Under the pieces are notes generated by a model. That model ran no database searches. It saw only the letters and a list, made by a program, of their open reading frames with translations, and was not told the DNA's origin. This document shows, piece by piece, positions 1 to 13,056 of a DNA stretch of 64,000 nt. The position numbers and the translations under genes are program-made. This stretch comes from Psammoneis japonica. Its lineage: Eukaryota. Location of the stretch: the NCBI GenBank assembly GCA_008632985.1, contig QPGO01000001.1:364600-428599 (forward strand), given 5' to 3'. Position 1 is the stretch's first letter, and the number at the start of each line of letters is the position of its first letter.

Positions 1-1741
1 TTTGTCCACAGCGCGAGAGGCAACAGGAAACAACGAGATGCCATTCGGTCGACTTGGGCATCAACTCATACAAACGTTATTTTCACAACTGGAACTTGCT
101 GCAACGTTCATCCTATGCTTCGAGTCGACCCACTTTCCTGTATCAGAGAACCAGAATACAACTCTACCGGCAATGCTGCGCTACTGCTGCTGCTCAGAGC
201 GTGTGGGATGATATGTGTCGTGAAGGAGACGAGGCGATAAAGGCAGAGCAAGAGCAATACAGAGACATGCTTGTGACGATGAAAGCGATGTTTATCGTCA
301 CACCGCCATCAAGTTAAAACATGAGCTAGCCTGGGGCATCAAGCATACACACGCTCAGTGGTTTCTCAAGACGGACGACGATTGTTTCGTCCGAATTAAG
401 GAACTGGAACAAGACCTTTTGAAGAATTTCGACAGCCACGAGCATCCGGTCGTGGTTGGCAAAATCTTAAAGGACACAAATGTCCCCAAATCAGGAAAGT
501 GGGCCGATCTGGACTACAATGTTTCTGCAGTCTACCCCCCTTGGCCATCTGGCATGGGTATCACTCTGAATCGCAGAGCGGCTCAATATATTACGGACAA
601 CAGAGAGGCTCTCCTTAATTACCAGGGTGACGACATTTCTGTTGGTATTTGGATGAGTAGAAATGACACAAATTCTGAGATAGTTCACTCGGATCGCTAT
701 AGCTTGCTTTATGGCAAGGAAGGAGATTGTATGAATCCCGAGAGCCTTGTCGCTGGCCATTCAATCTCGGCCGAAACATTGAACAAGTGCTGGCAAGCCC
801 TCAAGTCCGAGAGGGAAGAAAAAAAAAATGACCCTGGTGTCAACGACAGGCGCAAACCCACGCTGACCAATAACGGAGCACCAACTCAGCCTGCCGCACG
901 CGACGGGCCCAAGGATCGTTCCTGTGGAGTGTTCTGGTATTACCACGTTGGAATGACCGGCGGCAACACCTTTCGCGATTGGCAAGAAAGCGTTGCAAAA
1001 AAAAACGCCGCAATAAAGTGGGTGCCCTTTTTCGAGATTGCAACAAAACGAGACGACAGTCGGCTGAAATGGAAATCCACCCTCCGAGACATGACGTCCA
1101 CCGTGGACGACGCTATTCTTTCCTCTCCAAGAGACCCAACGCGGTGGTTATCCGTCCATCAACACCATCGTAGCCCGGGATTGCGTTACATGATGCCTAT
1201 TTTGCGACAATGGAAAAAGCGTTTGCAATTTCAAGGCTGTGAGTTGATCCTCGCCACGACGCTTGCCGAACCCATTCAGAGAGCCCTGTCGGTGGCCAAC
1301 GAACTTGATATTAAGCAATCCGACTTGGAACGTTTTTTGGACCAATCCATAGATTCGCAGGCTTATTATTTACTTCACAACTCGTGTGAACCCGTAAACA
1401 AGGACGCAAAGAATCCTCCCGCGTGGTGCGATCAGCCCGGAAACATTCCCAATCAAAATGGTCAAACAGAAGAGGAAATTGAAGAAGTGCTATCCTACCT
1501 TAAGGAATTTGATCTGGTATTTAAGTCGGAGAATGTCGATAAAGAAATTGCTCTGTCTGCTGAAAAAACAAAATGGGCAACAACGACGACGCGAGCATGG
1601 CCTCGCAAAAACAAGGCTCTAAACAAGTACACTGTATCGCCCGACCTATCACAAAGAATTGCGGACGCCACCAAGTCGGACAAGCTCTTGTACGTGCGAG
1701 CCTTTCACGGAACTACAGACACTGCAAAGTTATCACGGTAG
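1..1741 (+). CDS. GT31 galactosyltransferase-like protein with C-terminal degenerate sulfotransferase-like domain (5' partial; apparent 1-bp frameshift near 274)
   Basis: The frame of ORF 419..1741 extends upstream to DVYRHTAIKLK...WFLKTDDDCFV, then YPPWPSGMG and GDDISVGIW (GT31 motifs). EQEQYRDML lies in the adjacent frame. The C-terminal HVGMTGGNT and TTLAEPIQRALS resemble PAPS-binding motifs. Confidence 0.75.
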
Positions 1742-1994
1742 ATATATGACAAAGCGCCTATTAGTCAGAGCTCACTGCTCTTCATGCCCTTTCTCCCAAT
1801 TGTCCTCACTTCCACCGCGATTTCAAAATGTAACGACAAGAAAGAGTTTTGATTCTCTTTTTATTTAACCCGAGTATTCTATCAAACCTGTAACCATTTT
1901 GCATTGTAGATCGAGTTGAAGACACCTACTCCAGTTACTGTTCTGGGTTCTGGGGGTTTCGTTCTTGCGCTAATCTCAATCATGGTTGCTTTTT

Positions 1995-2065
1995 CAATCA
2001 CGACTCAAAATATATCAAAAGCCAAAATGTCACGACTCATTCAATGGCGTTCTCAAAAATGACGT
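1995..2065 (+). promoter_or_regulatory. Upstream motif block (TCACGACT repeats + TGACGT) also present at 13613-13702
   Basis: CAATCACGACTCAAAA and ATGTCACGACTCAnTCAAnGGCGTTCTCAAA..TGACGT occur at both sites. The regulatory role is inferred only. Confidence 0.4.
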
Positions 2066-2320
2066 GCCGCGACACGGTTGATTGCGAAGCGACGAAGGCT
2101 CGAGGGGCTTCGCATCATAAAGATGGAAAGAAGACACGAACGGTAAGAGCTGGAACCGACAACGATGGCACCTCAACCTCGTTTTGATTTCGGTTGTTGG
2201 TTCCTGAAATTGAGTGCTTACGATTCTTGCCGTCTGACACGACTCACGATGCTTATTCTTTGTGCTCTTCATCTGCACCACAGGAAGCAATAATTGCAAC
2301 AACGACAGTATTCTACAGTC

Positions 2321-4564
2321 ATGAGACTAAAGCATCGTAATAGTGCACCAAGAACCACAGTAGCCACAGGAGCCACCACGCCCTCATCAATTACCACCTC
2401 GCCCTCATCAGTTCAGCCGGGCGCTGTGGCAGTCGCAGGCTTTCATCCATCATCTACTACTAGTAGTGACGAACCCTCTCTGCTAGTGCCAGACAATGAC
2501 GAGGAACAGGCGGCGCAGCAGCAAGATGCTACCAACAACTCATTGCTAACAGACACACCCTTAGCTGCTGAAGTTGTTCAGGGTGACACACAAGAAATGG
2601 CACAAATCCGCGAGGAATTACGACGGCTTCGCGAGACCTTGAGTCCGGTCGTGGTCCCGATCGCTGTCGCCTCTTCGGACGACAATGTGACGCCAGAAAC
2701 TCAACAGCCACCGCACACTTCAGCGATGGAAACAAGCACTCCAGAAATCACTCAAGGTGATGACGGAGGAAAACCACCGGGCGAACGCACCAGTAGATTT
2801 CTGTTTGGACTCACCGGACGAAAACGCTGGTTTGCACTCGGCGCAGTGCTTGTCGTTGTTCTCGTTATTATCGCTGTCCTTGTGCCTGTCACAGTGATGT
2901 CATCATCGTCATCACCGAAGGACTCGACACTGCCTCCTACAGTGGCTCCAACGTCGTCGCCCACGCCTGCCACGGCCACCCCGCTTCCCACACCCGAACC
3001 AACGGATCCAATATTGGGAGAACTCGAATCTTTATTGTCACCATTGTCCTCTGATTCAGGTCAAGCATTGAGAACGTTAGGCACACCTCAACACTCTGCT
3101 ATCGTGTGGCTTGCAAACAACACTAATCTTTATTACTATTCACGCCCCCGCAGAATCCAACGATACGCACTCGCAACTTTATACTACAGCACGAACGGGA
3201 CTGACTGGAAAAATAGCAGCAACTGGTTGGATGACGGTGATGAATGTGATAGATGGTGGCAAAGCTGGGATGGCACGTCTCCTCCAAATACCCTTGAATG
3301 TGATTCCATAGGAAGAGTAATCGGGCTTTATCTATCCGAAAACAATCTTGCCGGGCAACTGCCACCGGAAATCGGAATGCTGTCGAGTTTGAGTAAGTAA
3401 AGATACCGCTCTTCTCTGGTGATTCACAAACGCCAGCATGCTCGCTAACACTCACGGGTTTTTTTGACATTGTGACCCCGAATCAGATGGTCTGAGTCTG
3501 GTGGACAATCAATTGAGTGGCACAATCCCATCGGAGGTCGGAACGTTGTCTAACATGAGTAAGTACAGCATCGTCCTCGTCTGCTCACACAAGTCACAGC
3601 TTGCATACCGACTCTAACAATACCGTTTGGCTTGTGGCTATGGCGCAGCTCAACTTTATCTCCCAGTTAATCGTTTGTCGGGAACGATTCCAAAGGAGCT
3701 CTGGAAATCTTCCAACAATTTAGGTATGCACAAATACTCGTGTCCTCACTTGCAGAGGAGATCATTGAAAAGCACCATCCATCTCAGTCTTTTACTGCTC
3801 TACCTTGGACGCAGAGACTCTCTGGCTTGCTGAAAACCAGATAGCAGGATCAATCCCGACCCAGATCGGGGAGCTGTCCAACAGCTTGAGTACGTGCAAC
3901 ACAAAAAGTGTGCTTCTCTGCGTTCGCTCGAGGCTACACTAAACTTTTTTTTTGTTTAATGGATCCAGAACAATTATGGATGGACTTCAATTTGCTAACT
4001 GGACCCATTCCAACACAGATTGGCAATTTGTCTCGCATGAGTAAGTTTGTTTTTACCCTCGCTGGAGATTCCGTACCGGTATTCTGCATTCTTTCCTAAT
4101 GGTTCTGTTTCATTTTCACTTTAGGTTCCATTGTCATGAAGGTCAATAAATTGACAGGCAAAATCCCAAGTGAAATCGGAATGCTGAAATGGTTAGGTAC
4201 GCATGTAATGTGTTTTTGAATTCTGAGACATTTGTAAGAAGATGGTTTGCATGCGGCCCTAACAGCTGTTTCTTGGTGTTACTCTAACCACAAACATTCA
4301 GGTCTACTCAACCTAGCCCATAACATGCTAAGTGGACCTGTTCCCACAGAATTTGGGAGGATGACCAACTTGGGTAGGTTCATATGTTGAGGCGAAATGA
4401 ATCGTCATGATGTCTGTTTAGCTCACATGCCATTCTTCTCTCCGTCAGATGTGGTATACCTCAACAACAATCTACTGACAGGCACTTTCGAATGCCCCAG
4501 CTTTATTGCAGAATGCTACATTTCCTGCTACCCTGGAAACAGTTCCTGTCGGTCTTTGCCCTAG
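2321..4564 (+). CDS. Single-pass membrane leucine-rich-repeat protein, 8 exons
   Basis: Exons 2321-3392, 3487-3558, 3649-3723, 3815-3889, 3969-4040, 4125-4196, 4302-4373, 4449-4564, all with GT-AG introns. TM helix WFALGAVLVVVLVIIAVLVPV; QRYALATLYYSTNG..W cap; LxLxxNxLxGxIPxEIG repeats. Confidence 0.9.
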
Positions 4565-7016
4565 AAGCAACGCTATTGTGTGCAAAGCAGGCGCAAACCT
4601 GTTGCTAGCAAGGCGACGACCGTTAACCGTTCAACATCAAGTTATTTCGTTGACCGTCAAGCCCGTGAGGAAAAAGAATCGATTTTACTTTCATGATTTG
4701 AATTCTATAGTAAAAGTCACCTCTCTGCAGTGTTTGGTGCGACGTATCTTTTTATTTGTAGCTCGCCATTGTGCTTCTGCTGACAGCTTCTGCAAGTTTG
4801 ACTGGAACTGCGGCATCCAGCTGTTGACCTGGGCTTCCTCGAAAATGACAAAAATCGGGAAAAGTTTACAGTCGAGCCCGTTCCCAAACAGCAAGGAGAT
4901 GATCATGCTTGTGATGCATAATTCCGTTCCACCGACAAACCGCATTGGCTGTTGCATTCCTTTCCAAGTGCTCCATGTTTCCATGATCGACAGCGATTGC
5001 TTCCTTTTCAGTGCAGTGATTGCACACAGGAACACCACACAACAGGACAGAAAGACCACTTTCCACAGCACAGCATCAATTGTCGCAAGATTGCCAAAGG
5101 CTCTGCCCACTGGAATGATCGGATGTGTGCCAGAGGTTCAGGAATCTGACGAAGTGGGGGGGGGGGGGGGGACTTTTTTGAGTGGCAAACAGAAACAAGC
5201 GCTGCTTGGTGGGCTCCCTTGTCTTGGGTGGCTCCAAAGTTCTTCTCCAAATTCAACAGTTTTGTGCAAACCTGAGAATTCAACCTCAAGAGCTCAGTGA
5301 CGACCTTTTGCAAATGACATTTTCTGGAAAATGACAAGAAGAAGATGCCCTTTGCGAACTCCAGCTCACTTGACCAAGATGATGCAGTTGGAGCAATTGT
5401 GCCAGGGCCGACTCTGCAGCGGAGTGGCGGAACAGCTCTGTCAGCAGAGCTTTCTGTTGCCAGAGATGAAAGCGCTTGTGGGGTCAAGGGTGTGACAGAG
5501 ATCTGCCCGAAGCACAATGTCTCAGCTTTCACACCCACATGTGAATTTCAGCAATTTTTGCTGTGCCTTGTGGCCAACCCATTTTTTAACTTTGAAGGGC
5601 TGTGGCAGTGGTCACAGCTCAGTCCAAAGCACATGACTCAAGACAACTTTGTTGGTTGGGGCCATGATGCCCCCCACCAAGTCTGCTGCCACATCTGCCA
5701 CAGCAGGCAATGCCAAGCCACACTCTTTCCAGCAGTGGGTGCAAGGCCAAAGGCAAGCTTCTGTTCTTGTTTGTGAGGCTTTGTGACATCCTCTGCAAAG
5801 TGAGAAAGCCCAGCTTGGCCAAGGTGTGCAAGACAAGAAAACAGCTTTTTGATCTGGGGCAGCTTTTGTGCATGTGAAAAGGTGGAGAAGTGTGGCAGGC
5901 ACACAACTTCATGGAGCTCCCTTCTGCCACCAGCGGAGTCTCGCGTGGCGGGAACATCAGAGTGCACAATGTCGCAATTTCTGCACACATGACAAAAACA
6001 TGTTGCTGTGTCATAAAATCCACTTGTCTGCACATGACGGTTTTTGTCATTTAGTTGATCATCAATCTCCTGCTGTTCTTCATGTTTGAACACAGATGTT
6101 TTTTAATTTTTGTGCTCTGCCTTTTTCACAACAACTGACGATGTTTAACGACAAGCCAAACATTGCAATTGCATGCAATGAAATTTTCATCATGCAAAGT
6201 GTGCGCCAATTGTTCAATCAATGACTGTGCTCCAATTTGCCTGGTCGTCCGCATCGTCCTCTTCATTCCATGTGTCTTGTCTGCTCTCTTGCAAGAATTT
6301 CAAATGTGCCGCTGCCGCGTTGGATGTTTCCTTGTCACTGTTCCAAAAAAGCCACACTGCATTTCTTGCATTTGGGTGAACATCATCGAGAGGAAGAGGT
6401 CCCTCAAAACACTGAATTGCATCGCTGCTCCCCTCTTGACGTCATGTCATCGGCTTCTTTTTGTCTTTCTTCATTTTGCCCGTCCTGTTTTTCTCTTCCT
6501 TCCTCGTTGTGGTGCCGCCTGTTTTCACCGTCTCCGGCGTCTTTCCATCCGAATCCTTCTTTTTCATTGACCCCACTGCCATTGCCTTCATCTCTTGTTG
6601 TTGTTGTTTTTTTTTTCTGTTGTGTCACTTTGTTTTGGATCCATGTTTCTGACTTCTCTCTGTGCTGTCTCCATTTCCGAATGTTTCTTTGTGATTGTTC
6701 GCACGTGCCACTTGAAGGCACCCACGTGTTTTTCACGTGCCTCAACGCACATGTAGAAATCCATGTTGTTTTCCAGTGCATGCACCCTTTCTCCTGATGC
6801 TGTTCCGCACAACATTTTCTTCCATCAATTCTGCACTCCGCATTGCCCTTTCCGGCATGATCTCACGTGGGTTTCCCTGGGAGAAGTCACATGTGCGTCT
6901 GGCAGGTTTTTGTGTTTAAAACTCCAAATCGCACCAGGCGCGCACGTAGCTTCTCCCACACACCACTCAGGCACATTTCTGCAGAAACCAGATTTTTTGG
7001 TGTTGGAACAGCAACC

Positions 7017-8756
7017 ATGGCGCCGCGTGACCCATCGGTCACCTCTCTGTTGCAAGACAACAATGATTCCTGCCTCAAGGAGGCCGCATTTGAATCTCTC
7101 TTTGCCAACAGTTTTGGAGTGATCAACAGCAACGAGTGGAGCCATGTCAAAGCGACAATCGAGACGGTGAAATCCAAGGTTCAGTTTTGCCACGATTCCA
7201 CTTGTGATCCCTCTCTGAATTGGATCGCGCTTGCCTGTGTGTGGCAAAAGTTGAAGGGCAGACCTCATTTTTTTGTAGAACCAATGGCTGTGAACCGCAT
7301 TGTTGCAAAGGAACTTGGGTGCAAGAGCTTGCTGCACTTTCTTTCCGCAAAAGGATGGAGTTGTTCCAGTCAAGGCGCCAAACATCCTCATGCGTTGGAG
7401 CATCGCCGTGCTCCCAAAGCAGAGGACATGGAAGTCATTGGCGACAAGGCAAAATCAACAGACATTGCAACCAACATGATGGCAAAGATTTCCATGTTGT
7501 GCAAGCTTCTCCATGATCCCGGATTGTGCGACCCAAAGGGAGAGCCGCTTGTCAAGCACATTGAGCTGAGAAGTTTTGAAGGGAAGGTTTTGAGTTGCGC
7601 GCAATGCCTTCACATTGGTTTTTTGATTCTTCATGACAAGATTCTGCCGCACACACCTGAAAGGAATGGTGACCACGATTGTTGGCTGCACTCCCTGTTC
7701 GGCGAATGTGACGAGACATCAACTTGCATCAACTTTTTGGAGAATTTCCTGGCTCTTGGTCACTGTGAGACGACCAAAGACAAATGCCCTGTGTCCTTCC
7801 CTGAATTCGTAAAGTCATTGTTCTGCCAACACAAACACTCTTGGGAAAAGCCTGTGCGACTGGCAATGCTCGATGTCGAGCGAGAACAAATGTGTGCGAC
7901 ACATGTCGATGAGACTCTTTTAAGATGTGTGAAAATTGATCGTGTGGTTTCTGCCGCTGACGATTCCAGCAAAAGCAAGGCTGCAAGGGATCGTTTTGAG
8001 GCTGTGTGGAAAGCCAGGCTTCGTGACTTTGCCGCTCAGTGCAAGAAGAAAGAAATCGGCAATGCAATTCCATCCGTTGCGAAAAATGCTCAGAAACGAA
8101 AAAATCCAAATGGCACGAATCCATCACATTGTTTGATTGATTGTTTGTGCTCCTCTTCTCATCTCCAATTCTTCCATTCTTCTTGCCACCCACTCTTTAG
8201 CCGTCTCCCTTTGCTCCTCAAGCCCCAGTCTCAAAAACCCCAAAGATGGTGAACCTTCTGATGTTTCTCAGAATGAATCGCTGACTCTCCAAGATGTGCC
8301 GACTCTCAAGGAACAATTTGAACATTCCCAAACAAAGTGGCCACAGCAGCACTTAAAGATGGAATTTTGGTTTTGTTTTGTTTTGAAGTGGGACCTGCTC
8401 ACAAGCCTGGTGCTGTCTTTGGCAGGGACAAATGGGAGAAGCTTCCAAAGGATGTGCAGGCAATGACAGCCTCAATCTTGGACGCCACGCAACTCTGCGA
8501 GGACAAAATTAATCTTGTTGCATTGAAAGAAATGCGTTCCTTCCATGACCCGTGCCATGACAGTCTTTTCGCAGCTGAGCTCCGTAAGATGGTTGGAGCC
8601 AAGCACATTAGAAGGGAAGGCGTGGAAATTCAAGTTAAGTGCATCTCGTCGTCCGGCAAAAAATCCGTCAATTCGAAAACCGAGCTGCACATTGACAAAG
8701 AGGATTGTGACATGGATGGGCACACCAAGACTGGTGCTCTTTGCTTGTCACCATGA
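7017..8756 (+). pseudogene. Decayed spliced gene of unknown function
   Basis: Protein-like ORF from ATG 7017. Intron-like segment 8113-8200 (GCACGA...CTCTTTAG) joins NPN-A-VSLCSS in phase. No Tyr residues. Confidence 0.45.
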
Positions 8757-10074
8757 GACGCTGTTGGTCACTCTTGGTTGTTGAAGGTTGTCACTGCATC
8801 CAAAGGCAATGCTGGAAACTGTGTCAGTTCGGCACATGGGTGTGCCGAGTTCCGATCGCGTGTGCATGGTCATTTCGCAAAACTTGATCTGTCATGTGCT
8901 GCAGAAATGATGAGATGCCGTGGCCCTTGTCATCCTCCGTCGGGCAAGCCAACCCACAGAAACATCAAAGATTTTTCCTTGACCCTCACTCTGTGTGGGT
9001 GGAAGAGGAAATTGGCAAGCCAAATCTTCCGTCCGACACAGTTGAGCACCCCATTGTTGTCATGCCAAGGAAACGTCTTCCGTTTGCCATCGTGAAGGAC
9101 TTTAATTTCTCGTGCGGTTGTTTGGCAATCATCGACAACCTCGATGAGGTTGGTGCACACGATTGCTTTCGTCATGCCGTTGTGGCTGGGTGTCAAACCG
9201 GATTCTCCCATTTTTGCTGCTTGTTGTGCAACACAGATGCTGTGAAGCGTCCTTTCGTGGCTGGTGATTGTGTCCTTCATTGCTTCAGAGAAGCTGCAAG
9301 GCTGTTCGGCAGCATTGCGGGGGATCGCAATGACCGACACATGCAGAGCCCGGGACTCGATTTCGAGGAGGTTCATGTGGCAGAGTGCGGGACAAAACTT
9401 GACGGTTTGATGGATTTGCTTGTTGGCGGACTGGTTGTTGTCATCGACTGGATCAATGACAATGTTGGCAAGCCAACGTTTGACCACAAGGTGATCGAGG
9501 ATGTGTTTCAAACCGTGGTCCAAACATGGGATCACACAGGTGCTGATTGTGGAGAGCTCAGATGCATGAACTCCACGCAGACGTTGATGCTGTGTGGCAT
9601 GGGGATCCATCCTCACCCTGACCTTCGTGGTCTTGTCCATCGGTGGCCAAGTTGGGAGCGGCGAAGCAAATGGAGGAAATGAAGGTCCCGGTGGAGGAGC
9701 GCGATTTACTCTTGGAACGGACAGAGGGTGATTTTGATTTGGAAGAGACTGTGGAAAGAATGACCCAGAGTCTTTGCTGTGTGACCTGAGTGCAGCTCGT
9801 GAAAAGATGGGAATCTGCGATGTCTTTTGTTGCGGACAGCATCTGTTGCTCTTGTTCTCTGATGGGCAATCAATGATCAAGCGGTTTGGAAGGTGTGAAT
9901 GGGAGCCAGTCCCACTCCTGTCGATTGATGAAGTTCGAGTCAAACTGGAGCGGCAAAGAGAGGTTGCTTTTTCATGGCAATCACATTTGTTTTTTGTCTG
10001 ATCATGCTGACATTGTCACATTGATTTCTCGTTCTAACAGGAAGAAGGCCGCCGGTGATTTGTTGTCATTCGCA

Positions 10075-11012
10075 ATGAACAAAAGTGGTGATTGCGAGGA
10101 GTCAATTGACGAGAAAACAAGCAAACTTCCAACTGCTTGCGTGGGTGAAGAGGACAAAAGCAAAGAGCCTGTTGATGATGAGCACAACCAAGTTGCACAT
10201 TGCTCCGAGGGTGAAGAGGACCATGGCGACTTGGGAGATTGTTTCGCAAGTGACGAAACTGACGGGGAAACACACAATGTGCTGTGGTTGGGGATGACCC
10301 GTCCGCTCAATGCAAGGCAACTATCTTCATCCGACCAACACAGGCGAGACGAGGCCCACGCAATGGCATTTGAGGAATGCAACAAAACAATCACAAACAT
10401 CGTTCCAACAGTTTCTCTCCAAGACGGACATCCTGATCTGCACTTGAATTGCAATGTGAAAGCAAGAGATTTCGTCAAGAGAGTCAAGCAGCAGTTTGAG
10501 AAACTTGTTGATTTCGACAACCATGGGTTCGACCAAATCATGTTGGACTGCTGCTGGATGCCAGATGGAGAGTGGTGCGACAGTCGTTTTGGGATGACTC
10601 AATTTTTCCAAATCCAATTGATCTTTGGGCCTTGCTCTCCAAAAACGAAGAAGGGGGGGACACAGTGATTCCCTTTGCTCTTGCAACCTTCTTCCAGGTT
10701 GTCAAACAATGGAAGAAATTGTCGGCTGTGTTCGACATGTGCACAATGGACAAGGATGCTGCAAAGAGCCGTGCGAGTGTGTTCTTTGCAAGCAACCTTA
10801 CAACCCAAGAACAACAAGAACGGTGGTTGGGAAAGCCTTCCGATCAGGAAGAAGCTCATCTTGGAGTTTCCAAAGAAGACATCAGAACGAAAGCAACGGA
10901 AGGTGCTCGCACCGCACTGCTTCACGTGCACCGCAATGACTTTGCCAATTCTGAAAGGATCAAATTCATCATGTTTGCAAAAAAGAGTCAGGTGATCACT
11001 GTGAGTGAATGA
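10075..11012 (+). pseudogene. Decayed gene of unknown function, frameshifted near 10610
   Basis: Overlapping protein-like ORFs 9886..10668 and 10572..11012, with an acidic N-terminus and no Tyr. Confidence 0.4.
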
Positions 11013-11736
11013 CAGATTGACACGCGTGTCCTGTTTTAGAAACAAATCTGACCAACACTTCCTTCTGTCCTGTGCAGCCCAAACAAACAGGGCCTTTTCT
11101 TGCGCTTCTGCCACTCCTGGACATTGTTCACAAACCAAAACATTGTCCCCAATTGCTTTGACAGGGACAACCCACAACTTGGGTGAGTGCTGAGTCTTCT
11201 CAGGCATTGAAAGCCAGTTGTTTCATTTGTGATCAAGCTGCCAGCGACCAACCAAGTCTGCATGCTGATGCCGTTGCCTCACAGTTCTCTGGTCAATGTT
11301 GACAGGGCCTTCATCAAGACTCATGCTCGTCGTCCTTGTCTTGTGGATGAGAAGGGAAAAGAAGAACAACGCGCAAAAAATGGCGGGAAAATGGCAAACA
11401 TTACATTGTCTTCCAGATTTGGATGATTCTCATGGGTGTGACGTGTCTGCATTTTGATTTTTTGTCTGGCATTTACAGTGAATGTTGTTCTTTTTTATTT
11501 GCTGTCAAAATGAAGGACATTGTCTCCGTTGGAACGCAATGACAGCCATGTCAAAAAGCAAGTTGGGCTGTTCATTGTTGCGACACAAATGCATTTTCAA
11601 ATTTCAATGTCACTGACAACAATTTGTGCAATGTCACAGAGAAAAACAGAGTGGCTGGCTGTCTCAACATGACCCAGACGATGGTTGCACTGTCGAACTG
11701 CAACACTGCTCTCATTGTTGCTGTGTGAAGATCAAG

Positions 11737-13056
11737 ATGTCGTCTCCAGCACCACCGGCAAAGAAGAGAAAGAAAAATGAGACCATTGAGCCAACGAGCC
11801 CGAGACTTCAGGCAGTGTTGAAGAGAACAGGCACGCAGGCAGCGCATGGTGCATTGAAATCAGAAGCAGAGAAGGTGGCTAGAAATGATCTCTTTCCACA
11901 GGTGAAGTTTCTCAGTCCGTCAGAATTGGCAAGCAATGGGAGCGTCTCAATGTTTGTCAAGAAACAGATTGCTGGTGGCAACATGGACACTTCAAATTGG
12001 TCAGGAACTTGGGAGGAATGGGCAAAAAAGGTGGCAAAAAGGCAAATTGACAATCGCAGAAACACGGTGTGTTCGGCTGTTGGGGCGGAGGCAATGGCCC
12101 GCAAGCCAAGTGACCAATGTGTGTGACTCGAGAGTTGCACACATCTCACAAGAAGATGACGGTGATGCTTTGTCCATGTGGGTGTTGTCACTGAGGAAGA
12201 GGGAAAGGAAAAAGAAAAGAAACTCAAGGCGGCAGTCAGGAGGAAAAAGCAAAACAGGAAAAAGTCAAGCCTTGACAAGAATGAAGAGAATGACATCCCG
12301 TTTGTGCCAACATGGGATCTGTTTGGCCTGGACACTGTCACCGGCGGCAAACAAAGGAACAAGCAGGCACACAAGTGGTTCTGTGATCACATCCCACCTC
12401 AAACCAAGCAAAAGCAGGCATGGAGCCGCGCCATCAAAACTGGGAACGCACAGGTCTCACAGTTGTTTGCGGCAGGTGACGAAGCTTTGGCGCTGTCAGC
12501 TGTGGAGAATTGTTGGCAGGTGTGGGCATGCAGGAACAAGGAGGAGGCGGTGGAAGAATTGGGTGAGGAAATGGAGCCCGAAGAAACAAGGCCTGCCCCT
12601 CGGCACTCGAAGCCAAAGAAACAACGAGAGTCTTGGGGAGACGACGGAATCATTCGGTTCAACGATTTGTGCGAAGAGGTGATGAAAGACAGAGACTCCA
12701 AGGAGGGCAAGGAGTTTGAAAAGTGGCACGCAGAGATCAAGAAAAGCGAGTGCGAGAAGTCCGGAGAAGCAAAGAAGAAGAAGAAGATGGCACCGACCGG
12801 TGATGCGGAGAAGGTGAAGGCAATGAGCAGCCCAATGGTGGAGAGCAGCAGGGACGATGACAGTGACGACGATGAGCAGGAGGAAGGCACAAAAGGAAAA
12901 ACGAACAATGGAGGAGACGAATCCGATGAAGACGAGTCCAATGAAGACGAGTCCGATGATGATTGTCAGCTCAGTTTGAGAGAGTTGCAGCAAGAAAATG
13001 TGCGCACAGCTGACATGGCACTCGGTCATTGCACTGCAGACGCAACAAGGAATTGA
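11737..13056 (+). pseudogene. Decayed gene with NLS-like N-terminus and acidic tail, resembling a DNA-transposon accessory ORF
   Basis: PPAKKRKK; DEALALSAVENCW...SWGDDGIIRFNDLCEEVMKDR. Two ORFs separated by an intron-sized gap. Family assignment (Plavaka/CMC-type accessory ORF) is from recollection and unverified. Confidence 0.4.
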
